Shown here: positions 1 through 7,970 of the stretch, piece by piece
Numbering within the stretch: position 1 is the first letter of the stretch
Layout of the letters: each line of letters starts with the position of its first letter
Assembly (NCBI GenBank): GCA_001600695.1
Contig: BCKQ01000010.1
Span: 116,604-125,244 of the forward strand
From: Ascoidea asiatica JCM 7603
Lineage: Eukaryota > Fungi > Ascomycota
Direction: 5' to 3'
DNA length: 8,641 nt
Notes under the pieces: generated by a model
The model's input: the letters and a program-made list of their open reading frames with translations, nothing else
What the model was told of the DNA's origin: nothing
The model's database searches: none
Translations under genes and position numbers: made by a program

Positions 1-858
1 GAACATGATGAAGTTGAAAGTACAATGTCTGAAAAAAGAGTTTTTCTTGTTGCTAATAGAGAAAAACACCCTTTTTTAATCAATTTACATTGCTGTTTTC
101 AAACAGAAAATAGAATTTATTTTGTTATGGAATATGTTCGTGGTGGAGATTTAATGTGGCATATCCAAAAGCAAAGATTCTCTCAAAGAAGAGCTCAGTT
201 TTATGCTGCCGAAGTGCTATTAGGTTTGAAATGTTTTCATGATAATGGAATTATCTATCGTGATTTAAAATTAGATAATATTCTTTTAACACCAGATGGT
301 CATATAAAGATAGCTGATTATGGTTTATGTAAAGAGGAAATGTGGTATGGGAATACTACATCTACTTTTTGTGGAACTCCAGAATTCATGGCTCCGGAAA
401 TATTAAAAGAACAAAAATATAATAAAGCAGTAGATTGGTGGGCATTTGGAGTTTTATTATATCAAATGTTATTAGCCCAATCTCCTTTTAAAGGTGATGA
501 TGGTGATGAGGTTTTCAATGCTATTCTTACAGATGAGCCTCTTTATCCTATTCAAATGGCTAGTTCAGCTGTTTCAATTCTTCAAGCTCTTTTAACTAGA
601 GATCCTTTGAAACGATTGGGAGCTGGACCTAGAGATGCTGAAGAAGTTATGGAACATCCTTATTTTAGAAACATTAATTTTGAAGAGATTTTAAATTGTA
701 GTGGAAAAGTTCCATATCTTCCGGAAATCAAATCAGATGTTGATGTTTCAAATTTTGATGACGAATTTACTTCAGAAACACCAAAATTGACTCCAGTAAA
801 TTCAATTTTGTCATCTGAAATGCAAGAACAGTTTAGGGGGTTTTCATATATGGTATAG
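1..858 (+). CDS. PKC1: Protein kinase C (AGC family), C-terminal catalytic domain and tail; 5'-truncated by the window
   Basis: Frame 1 is open from base 1 ([15 protein letters not shown]), so the ATG at 25 is internal. Motifs: YRDLKLDN catalytic loop, ADYG (fungal PKC variant of DFG), activation loop [23 protein letters not shown] motif, turn motif TPKLTP, hydrophobic motif FRGFSY. GGDLMWH and MWYGN are typical of fungal Pkc1. Stop TAG at 856-858. Confidence 0.95.
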   Translation, partial: EHDEVESTMSEKRVFLVANREKHPFLINLHCCFQTENRIYFVMEYVRGGDLMWHIQKQRFSQRRAQFYAAEVLLGLKCFHDNGIIYRDLKLDNILLTPDGHIKIADYGLCKEEMWYGNTTSTFCGTPEFMAPEILKEQKYNKAVDWWAFGVLLYQMLLAQSPFKGDDGDEVFNAILTDEPLYPIQMASSAVSILQALLTRDPLKRLGAGPRDAEEVMEHPYFRNINFEEILNCSGKVPYLPEIKSDVDVSNFDDEFTSETPKLTPVNSILSSEMQEQFRGFSYMV

Positions 859-1038
859 TTTTTTTTTATTTTTTGACTTCTTCAACATTAATGTCTAATA
901 AGGGATTTGGTTATTTATTCATTAGTAAATTTGCTTACAATGTTTATTAGTAATATCAAATATTTTAATGGTACATTCAAATATATTTTTAATTATTCTT
1001 TCTAACTTTTTTTTTCAAAAAAAATACATATTTTTAAG
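859..1038. terminator. Short AT-rich spacer between convergent PKC1 and HSH155; likely shared 3'-end formation region
   Basis: 180 bp between two convergent stop codons, with T tracts (859-873, about 1007-1015), an A tract (1017-1024) and TA-rich elements. Exact poly(A) sites cannot be assigned. Confidence 0.45.
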
Positions 1039-3996
1039 CTATATCCAGGCATCTAACTCTTCGATCCTGTATTCATCCTCTTTGAAAGAAGGATAGTAAG
1101 GAACCATTGCATTTTCACTTTGTATATAACAATTATTGTACATTTTCCAATATGAACTCCTTACTTTCCTTGCAGCATGGAATAATCCAGCTAATATATA
1201 ATTCAAAATAACTCCACACCCAACTGCATTTCTCACCCCATCAATTGCATCCATTATTCTATCTATTACTTGTGGTGATGTTTCGTAAATATTAGGAAAC
1301 AATAAATTAAGAAAGTGTATGAAGGCATCTTCAAAGCCAAGACCTATACATCCTAAAGCCATATGTTTAACAACACTGGCAGATGTTTGTCTATGAACTT
1401 GATCTCTATCAGTTAATGCGTTCTCTAATAAAGGAAGAACTGCGTAAATATAGTCCTTAGTCATAGGACCTATATATTCAAACATGAAAGTCATTGCCTT
1501 CAAAACACCATTTTGAACATTATTATCTGGAGTTCTATACTCATTCATCAATGCCGGCAATACGGTGAAAGGTTCACAAGTTTCTGCAATAATACCGATT
1601 GCAACAGCAGTACATACTCTTGATTGACGTTCTTGAACCTTTAAATTATTTAGTAAAGTAGATAATACTTCCTGAGGTCCTATTGCTTTGGCTATATATC
1701 CAAACGTCTTGTTTGCTGCTTTTCTGATGGATTTTCTATGTGCTTTCAACATATCAACCAATTCAAAACAAATTCTCATCCACTCTTTTGAAGGTACATA
1801 TTCTGGAGCTCTATCTGCTATTCTTCCAATCAATTCTATTGCATTTTCTTGAACCTTTTCGTGTCTATTTCTTAGAATAGGAGTTAGATTGGGTAATAAT
1901 TGTTCTATTGGTGGATTCATTGAAACTAAACCCACGACAGCAACAATGTTTTTCAAGGTACGTAAAATTGACCCAAGAACCTCAGGAAAAACTTCACCTA
2001 AAGATTCATATAAAACCTTACTAAGCTTATACATTATTTCGTCTTCACCACAATTTTTGATAGAGTTTGAGACTGTTGAAACAAGATCTGCAGCTTGTTG
2101 ACGAACTTGAGGGTCATTGTTTTTGAGTCTATAAAGAACAATAGACACGATGTTGGGTATATAGGGCTTTACTCTTATATCTAACGAATTCACAACAGTT
2201 TCAAATGCAGTTAGTACCGATTGATCGTCATTTGATAATTGTAGTTCAAATGCCACAAGCATTCCATCTATTAGTCTCTTAACAACTCTATCTGACAAAT
2301 CTGCTGTTCCTAGACTTGAAACCATAATATCAATTGTTTGAACTGCCATCTTCCTGAATGGTTCAGATTCATCTTTCAATATATTCAATAACCCTTCCAC
2401 AATTTCACTTACTCCTACTTTTTTAGCAAGTGCATTTGTGGTTTCAACAACTAATTTATTATTTTTATTGTCAAGAGACAATTTTCTAATCCAGAAATAT
2501 TTCAAAAAAGGTGGTAAAACCTTATCACGTAAATATCGTGGTTGTACTCCATCGGTTGTTGAACACTGCTGAATAACCTTAAGGATTGTCCTTTTCATTT
2601 CTTCGTCGGGAGAATCAAATTCTCTTAAAATTATCACCATTATTTCACCTGTATAATAATTTGCATATTCTGGATCCATCAAAGGTATTAAATAACCAAT
2701 GCATCTTAAAAATGCTGACAAGCTACCGCCTCTTTGTCGTCTCATTCCCGTCCACAAAGGTTCTAAAACATTTTCGAAAGATTCGATTCCATAAGGAGCT
2801 GAAGCCTCTGCTAATGCAGCCAAAGCCAAAGCTGTATTTCTTCGTATACTGACATTTTCATCTTCCAAGCCCTTATAAATTGCTTCGACCAACTCACCTA
2901 AATGGGGTAAGATTCCACATCCAAAAAGTACTGCAATTTGCTGTACTATTTTAACACCAGTTAATCTGGCTTGACTGCTTTTTCTTGATCTACAAACAGC
3001 ATGAAGAAAAGGTAGTAACGATTGAATACCTAAAGCACTTGAAATAACGGCAAAAGTTCTTGCAGTCATATTTCTTATATATTCATCTGTTGTTTCAACG
3101 TCTGGTCGCAAAGTAGAGATCATTTCTGCTAAACCAGCAGCTCTAGATAGATTCGAAATAATTTCACGAGCCTCCATTCTGGCTACATAGTCTTCTTCCA
3201 TTAAAAACGGACATATTACTCTTAATATCTGATGTGTATAAGGCCTTATTAAATCTCCCAATTTATATAAAACTCTATCAACAATTTTAACAAGCAAATG
3301 TCTTTCCTGTTCATCAAACTTTTTTTCCATTAGTAGGGGTAATATTTGTTCAAATAAAACTCTGGGACCAAAGTTTCTAGCATTATCTGTTAAGGTTCTT
3401 AATGAAGCCTTTCTCACAGGGGGTGTTCCATTTTTTATTTTTAAAAGTAATCTCATAACTTTTCTTTCTTTAACTTCATAAATTGTTAGCGTTTTATTAC
3501 CTTCGAATTTAGATTCATCTTTTGTTCTTAACAATTTAGAGAAATATTTGGCATCTTCTGGCTTGAAGAACTGTAAGTTTTTAATTCCAGGAATTTCTGT
3601 TAGTAGTGCTTCCTTTAGTTTTTCAGTATATTCTTCTTTTAAATCGGGAACAGAATAAATGCCTGTAAGATTTTTTTCATCATCATTTTGTTGATCAGTA
3701 TTAAAGGTTATACTAGTTTTATTATTAGAAGAAACCTGAACAGGAACCAAGGCCATCATTGGCTCTTCAGGTATAAATCTGGAATTTCTTTCACTATCAG
3801 CATCCTTATCATTATCCCATTTCGATTTTTTGATTATTTTATTTATAAATTCACTGGCTGTTTTTTGAGTAGTTTCATCTATTTTTTTTTTCTTTTCTTC
3901 TAGAATTTCAGATTCATTTGGAAATTGCCACCTTCGTTTCCTAATCTTTTCTCTCGGTACTAATCTTGGGGGTGTTTTATCTCCTTCTTCTAACAT
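1039..3996 (-). CDS. HSH155: U2 snRNP SF3b subunit 1 (SF3B1/Hsh155/SAP155), HEAT-repeat protein, 985 aa
   Basis: Signature segments [108 protein letters not shown]. The short N-terminal domain has ULM-like RKRRW and KSKWD motifs. Uninterrupted ORF. Confidence 0.98.
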   Translation of the reverse strand: MLEEGDKTPPRLVPREKIRKRRWQFPNESEILEEKKKKIDETTQKTASEFINKIIKKSKWDNDKDADSERNSRFIPEEPMMALVPVQVSSNNKTSITFNTDQQNDDEKNLTGIYSVPDLKEEYTEKLKEALLTEIPGIKNLQFFKPEDAKYFSKLLRTKDESKFEGNKTLTIYEVKERKVMRLLLKIKNGTPPVRKASLRTLTDNARNFGPRVLFEQILPLLMEKKFDEQERHLLVKIVDRVLYKLGDLIRPYTHQILRVICPFLMEEDYVARMEAREIISNLSRAAGLAEMISTLRPDVETTDEYIRNMTARTFAVISSALGIQSLLPFLHAVCRSRKSSQARLTGVKIVQQIAVLFGCGILPHLGELVEAIYKGLEDENVSIRRNTALALAALAEASAPYGIESFENVLEPLWTGMRRQRGGSLSAFLRCIGYLIPLMDPEYANYYTGEIMVIILREFDSPDEEMKRTILKVIQQCSTTDGVQPRYLRDKVLPPFLKYFWIRKLSLDNKNNKLVVETTNALAKKVGVSEIVEGLLNILKDESEPFRKMAVQTIDIMVSSLGTADLSDRVVKRLIDGMLVAFELQLSNDDQSVLTAFETVVNSLDIRVKPYIPNIVSIVLYRLKNNDPQVRQQAADLVSTVSNSIKNCGEDEIMYKLSKVLYESLGEVFPEVLGSILRTLKNIVAVVGLVSMNPPIEQLLPNLTPILRNRHEKVQENAIELIGRIADRAPEYVPSKEWMRICFELVDMLKAHRKSIRKAANKTFGYIAKAIGPQEVLSTLLNNLKVQERQSRVCTAVAIGIIAETCEPFTVLPALMNEYRTPDNNVQNGVLKAMTFMFEYIGPMTKDYIYAVLPLLENALTDRDQVHRQTSASVVKHMALGCIGLGFEDAFIHFLNLLFPNIYETSPQVIDRIMDAIDGVRNAVGCGVILNYILAGLFHAARKVRSSYWKMYNNCYIQSENAMVPYYPSFKEDEYRIEELDAWI

Positions 3997-4354
3997 TATG
4001 TTCTCTTTAACTATTCACTGAATTAAAAAGGTTTTATCTTTATTTATTCTTCAATCAAAATATTTTCATAAATAACCTTCATAGTTCATCAAAATCAACG
4101 GTACCTTACTGAGCGCGTAATCAATGCCAAATAAAAATTTTAATACTTCATTTTTGGGATCCGCCGTACTGGTTTTGCACCACTAACTCTAAATTAAGCT
4201 TGATGGTGTCCTAAATTGAATTCAACCAAAATAATCAATTAGAATAAATGAGAATTTGTATTGGAAAATAAATCGATTACAAAATTAATCAGAATTTTTT
4301 TTAATTTTCTGCTCCAAATAAATCATTTCAGGACATTTTTTTCAATTCCAAATA
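3997..4354. promoter_or_regulatory. Divergent (bidirectional) promoter region for HSH155 and GPI16
   Basis: 358 bp between head-to-head ATGs. A GC-richer core at about 4098-4190 (includes GCGCGT at 4113-4118) is flanked by A/T tracts. Individual factor sites are not assignable. Confidence 0.6.
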
Positions 4355-6226
4355 ATGCAGCTACGTTTTCAAAGTTTTCTTCTTCTACTACTTCTTTTCA
4401 CTTTTTCATATGCTGAGATTGAAGAAACCAAAGAAATTAAAGGCAATTCATATCCTTATAAAGAAAAGTTATTATTAAAGCCATTGCCTAATAATCATTT
4501 ATTATCATCTTTTATATTTGACTTAAACTCTCATGAAATACCAATTGATTCATTAACTGGGTCAAGTATATCCAATAATTCAATAAAAATTACAGAAACT
4601 GCTGCTCATTATAAAATATTTCCAAAAACTCTTGGACCTATTTTACAAGCTACAAAAGCTCATGAATTACATTTAAGATTTTCTAAAGGATTCTGGGATG
4701 CTGAAAAATGGGGAAAATTACCTTATAATGGAAAATATTCAGGTGGAATGGGTGTTGAAATATGGACTGTAATAGAAGCAAATGATAAAGAAGACGCATA
4801 TAATTCATGGTTAATATTGGTAAATTATTTATCTGGTTTATTTTGTGCTTCATTTAATTTTATTGATAGCCAAATAACAACGTTCCCAATAAAATCATTT
4901 CAAAGTACTGTAGATTATCAGATGAACAAAAAAAAATTATTTTTACTAAGAAGTGCATTACCTAAAGAACCGGTCTGTACAGAAAATCTAACTCCATTGC
5001 TAAAATTATTGCCTACTAAGGGAAAAGCTGGTATTTCAACATTACTTGAAGGTCATAGATTATTTCATTCTTCTTGGCATTCTATGTCAATTGATATTAT
5101 ACCATTAGAGGTTGAAGAAAATAAATTTCATATGACTATTCATGTGGACGAAGTAATGAATGTTCCAAGAATATTAGATTTTGCTAAAAATCCAATACCT
5201 AAACCTGTAGATGGAGATCATTTGTTATGTGATAAAGAAACAAAATTTTACGATATATATCATTGTTTTTATAAAGGTGAATCACTGAAAATTTCTTGGG
5301 ATTTGGAAAAAATATTTGGTAAACTTATTCTTGGCCCTGTTTTATTTGCAGAAAAAGAAAGCGAAGTATGTATTGAAGCTACTGAAGATTGGAATATAAT
5401 GGCCTTAATTGAAAAAGAAGATGGATTTTTAGTCAGTTCGTTAGATAAAGGAAGAGGTTGTTTTCAAATAAAAGATCCCGGAAGCAAATTTAATTTAAAA
5501 TTTGAAAGTGAAAATTCAAATAATATTACTAAAATTCAAAATCCAGATATTTATGTTTCAAGATCTTTAACTGGATATGGTCAAGGTAATGGAGGATTAA
5601 GAACTATTTTCAAAAATCCTTCGAATGAAGATGTTCATATAACTTTTTTTGAAAGTTTACCTTGGTATATGAGAGTTTATTTACATACTTTAAGAGTTGA
5701 ATCAAATAATAAGATATTAGAGTCTGATAGAATAGGAAAAATTATAAAAGATATGTATTACAAACAAGCTATTGATAGGAGAAGGCCAACGCATTTAGAA
5801 TTTGATATGATAATTCCAAAAAAAAGTACAATTGCTATAGATTATAATTTTGATAAATCCTTATTACTATATTCAGAATATCCACCAGATGCGAATCATG
5901 GATTTGAATTAGAACCAGCAGTTGTAACAATATTAAATAATGAAGGTAAAGTATCTTACGTGCTTAGAACAACATCATTATTACTTTCATTACCAACTCC
6001 AGATTTTAGTATGCCATATAATGTTATTATTTTTACATCAACAGTTATGGCGTTAATATTTGGTACGGTATTTAATAGTTTAATTAAAAGAATGGTTACA
6101 GAAGAAGAAGCAGATTTGATAGCATCCCAAAATAGTATTATAAGTAGAATGAAAAGTAGAATACAAACAATTAAATCAAAGATATTGAGTAGAGTTGGAA
6201 TATCAAAAACTTTGATTAAAAAATAG
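4355..6226 (+). CDS. GPI16: GPI transamidase subunit Gpi16/PIG-T, 623 aa
   Basis: N-terminal signal peptide (FLLLLLLFTFSYA), ELHLRF..G.W, LSGLFCAS (conserved Cys), PKEPVCTENLTPLLKLLP, ESLPWY, EYPPDANHGF, LPTPDFSMPYNVII followed by one C-terminal transmembrane helix and a basic tail. Confidence 0.96.
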   Translation: MQLRFQSFLLLLLLFTFSYAEIEETKEIKGNSYPYKEKLLLKPLPNNHLLSSFIFDLNSHEIPIDSLTGSSISNNSIKITETAAHYKIFPKTLGPILQATKAHELHLRFSKGFWDAEKWGKLPYNGKYSGGMGVEIWTVIEANDKEDAYNSWLILVNYLSGLFCASFNFIDSQITTFPIKSFQSTVDYQMNKKKLFLLRSALPKEPVCTENLTPLLKLLPTKGKAGISTLLEGHRLFHSSWHSMSIDIIPLEVEENKFHMTIHVDEVMNVPRILDFAKNPIPKPVDGDHLLCDKETKFYDIYHCFYKGESLKISWDLEKIFGKLILGPVLFAEKESEVCIEATEDWNIMALIEKEDGFLVSSLDKGRGCFQIKDPGSKFNLKFESENSNNITKIQNPDIYVSRSLTGYGQGNGGLRTIFKNPSNEDVHITFFESLPWYMRVYLHTLRVESNNKILESDRIGKIIKDMYYKQAIDRRRPTHLEFDMIIPKKSTIAIDYNFDKSLLLYSEYPPDANHGFELEPAVVTILNNEGKVSYVLRTTSLLLSLPTPDFSMPYNVIIFTSTVMALIFGTVFNSLIKRMVTEEEADLIASQNSIISRMKSRIQTIKSKILSRVGISKTLIKK

Positions 6227-6548
6227 TTGAATTTTAAATTTTAGGAATGGTTTATAATCTCACAAAACTTTTATCGTAGTATACCCAAATAAAATGGCCA
6301 CAAAATAGAAGCACCGATTTACCGAGTTGAAAATTTCAAACTTATTCAAGTAAAATATATTTTTGTAAGTTGATAAAAAAATAATATAACGTTAGTTAGT
6401 AGTTTATTATAGAATATAAATATTGTTATAAATAATATAGTAAATAATAGTAAATATATATTGTTTTCCTGAAATATTGAATATTATTTAAGAAAGGAAT
6501 AAAAATATTGTTTTAGATTTATCAAAAGAAAGACAGAGTTAAGAAAAA

Positions 6549-7589
6549 ATGAGTGGAAAAAGTAGTATTGTTTTATTGAATAGATTGTTATCATTAAAAG
6601 AATCTAGTCAATCATTATATTTAATAATTGATTCATTTAAGCAATCATCGAATTATTTAATCAAAGAAATAATTGATGAAAGAATCAATAAAAATGAAAT
6701 TCAAATAATATACTTATCATTTGAAACTATAGTTCAACCAGAATGGGCAAATGAGTTCATTGATTGTATAGATTTACCAATAAGTCAGATAATTTTACAA
6801 ACACAAAATATAATTAAAAAGAAATATGCAAAAAGTAATATTGAGAATACTAATGCTGAAAATAATAACAATATTAATAAAAATAATAATAATAATAGTA
6901 ATAATGGTGGAAATTATATTGGAAATAAAAATAAAAAATTACTAATATTTATTGATTCAATGAATTATATTAAAAATATAGAAGTAAATGAATTCATTTC
7001 AAATTTATATATTCAGAATAATATAATTCTCTTTACAATTTTTCATTTGAATATACCCGAAATTTTATCAAAAAATAATTATCCAACAACACTAAATTTT
7101 TTAAAAATTATTTCAACATCAATATTTGAAATCAGCTCATTAAATTTTAATTTCAATTATAATTATAACTCAAATTTTGAATATGAATTAATTGAAGATG
7201 ATTTAAATAAAAAATTTAAATTTTATTCAAGAAATTTATTCAATAACTCTAAATTTAAGCTAGAATTAGTTCTAAAAAGAAAAAGTGGTAGAGAAATTAT
7301 TTATAATTATATAATTGATAATAAAGATCATTCGATAATGATTGATATTGATAAAGAAAAAGAAAATAATGGAAATAATGAAAGTAATGAAAGTAAAGAA
7401 GATGAAATATTAAAGAATTTAACAACATTTAAATTAAGTATGAATGAAAAAGAAAAAGAAGCTAAATCAAAAGTTGAATTACCATTCTTAGAAGCTCAAA
7501 GAGATATCACTGCAGGAGGGGCAATTGTATATGAGTTTGAAAAAGATGATGATTATGATGAAGAAGATCCATATGAAGATCCATTTTAA
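6549..7589 (+). CDS. IKI1: Elongator complex subunit Elp5 (Iki1/Hap2), 346 aa
   Basis: N-terminal LLNRLLSLKE, IIYLSFET, IDSMNY, RKSGR, LTTFKL, VELPFLEAQ and the diagnostic C-terminus GGAIVYEFEKDDDYDEEDPYEDPF. Good start context AAAAATG. Confidence 0.93.
   Translation: MSGKSSIVLLNRLLSLKESSQSLYLIIDSFKQSSNYLIKEIIDERINKNEIQIIYLSFETIVQPEWANEFIDCIDLPISQIILQTQNIIKKKYAKSNIENTNAENNNNINKNNNNNSNNGGNYIGNKNKKLLIFIDSMNYIKNIEVNEFISNLYIQNNIILFTIFHLNIPEILSKNNYPTTLNFLKIISTSIFEISSLNFNFNYNYNSNFEYELIEDDLNKKFKFYSRNLFNNSKFKLELVLKRKSGREIIYNYIIDNKDHSIMIDIDKEKENNGNNESNESKEDEILKNLTTFKLSMNEKEKEAKSKVELPFLEAQRDITAGGAIVYEFEKDDDYDEEDPYEDPF
6861..6905 (+). repeat. Imperfect (AAT)n microsatellite encoding an Asn-rich insertion in Elp5
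   Basis: aataataacaatattaataaaaataataataataatagtaataat, read as NNNNINKNNNNNSNN. Confidence 0.85.
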
Positions 7590-7685
7590 TAGTTTCTTTA
7601 GTAATTTATTGTATAAGTTAATTATATTTATTATTTCGTATATGTCTAATATATTTGTTATTTGTTATACTTATTATCTTCGGTA

Positions 7686-7761
7686 AGTAATGCCAGTAAT
7701 GCCAGCAATCAAGGAGTAACAATCAAGGAGTAACAATCAAGAAGTAGCAGTAAAGGGGTGG
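7686..7761. repeat. Compound minisatellite: 2 x AGTAATGCC, then a 14-bp unit CAATCAAGGAGTAA (2 perfect, 2 decayed copies)
   Basis: AGTAATGCC at 7686-7694 and 7695-7703. CAATCAAGGAGTAA at 7706-7719 and 7720-7733, CAATCAAGAAGTAG at 7734-7747 (12/14), CAGTAAAGGGGTGG at 7748-7761 (9/14). Confidence 0.85.
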
Positions 7762-7772
7762 CACTGCTCTGG

Positions 7773-7779
7773 TTACCCT
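7773..7779 (+). promoter_or_regulatory. Reb1-type site (TTACCCT) about 190 bp upstream of IRC6
   Basis: Matches the TTACCC(G/T) consensus at a distance typical of general regulatory factor sites. Motif match only. Confidence 0.35.
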
Positions 7780-7970
7780 ACTTCTTTGGCGCTAAAACAG
7801 AAACTGCAAGCAATAAAAGATAACAGAATGCTCAGGAATATTATTTACTTTTATTTGTATCTATCAGTGTAGTTAAAAGGAAAAGAAAATAAAGATAGAT
7901 AAAGACAGAGATAAAGACTTAAGTTAAATGTAGATATATGAATTTAGAGAGTAGTCAATTATTTATAAAA

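Noticed and set aside
25-27. ATG given as the start of the kinase ORF
   Set aside because: The frame is open and PKC-like from base 1, and the N-lobe and regulatory domains are missing, so the gene begins upstream of the window.
1889-2101. 70-aa + strand ORF from the track
   Set aside because: TTG start, lies wholly antisense to conserved HSH155, no recognisable motifs.
2586-2852. 88-aa + strand ORF from the track
   Set aside because: TTG start, antisense shadow of HSH155.
3688-3903. 71-aa hydrophobic + strand ORF from the track
   Set aside because: TTG start. Phe/Ile richness simply mirrors Lys/Glu/Asn codons on the coding strand.
4181-4187. CACTAAC branch-point-like motif upstream of GPI16
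   Set aside because: No credible upstream 5' splice site (GTATGT/GTAAGT), and the GPI16 ORF is complete with its signal peptide.
4100-4277. Cluster of 6-bp palindromes (GGTACC, GGATCC, AAGCTT, GAATTC, ATCGAT) resembling a polylinker
   Set aside because: The sites are spaced by tens of bases of ordinary sequence and a handful of 6-bp palindromes is expected by chance. No vector context.
6200-6226. Gpi16 tail ending LIKK as an ER-retrieval signal
   Set aside because: The lysines are at -1/-2, not the -3/-4 or -3/-5 positions required for a KKxx signal.
6365-6401. GTAAGT on + (6365-6370) and TACTAAC on - (6395-6401)
   Set aside because: They lie on opposite strands and neither has a matching partner signal, so no intron can be built.
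7683-7719. GTAAGT donor-like site and tiny ORF MPVMPAIKE
   Set aside because: No downstream branch consensus. The ORF is a by-product of the tandem repeat.
7706-7761. Possible CRISPR-like array
   Set aside because: Repeats are directly adjacent with no spacers, only 14 bp long, and in a eukaryotic context.
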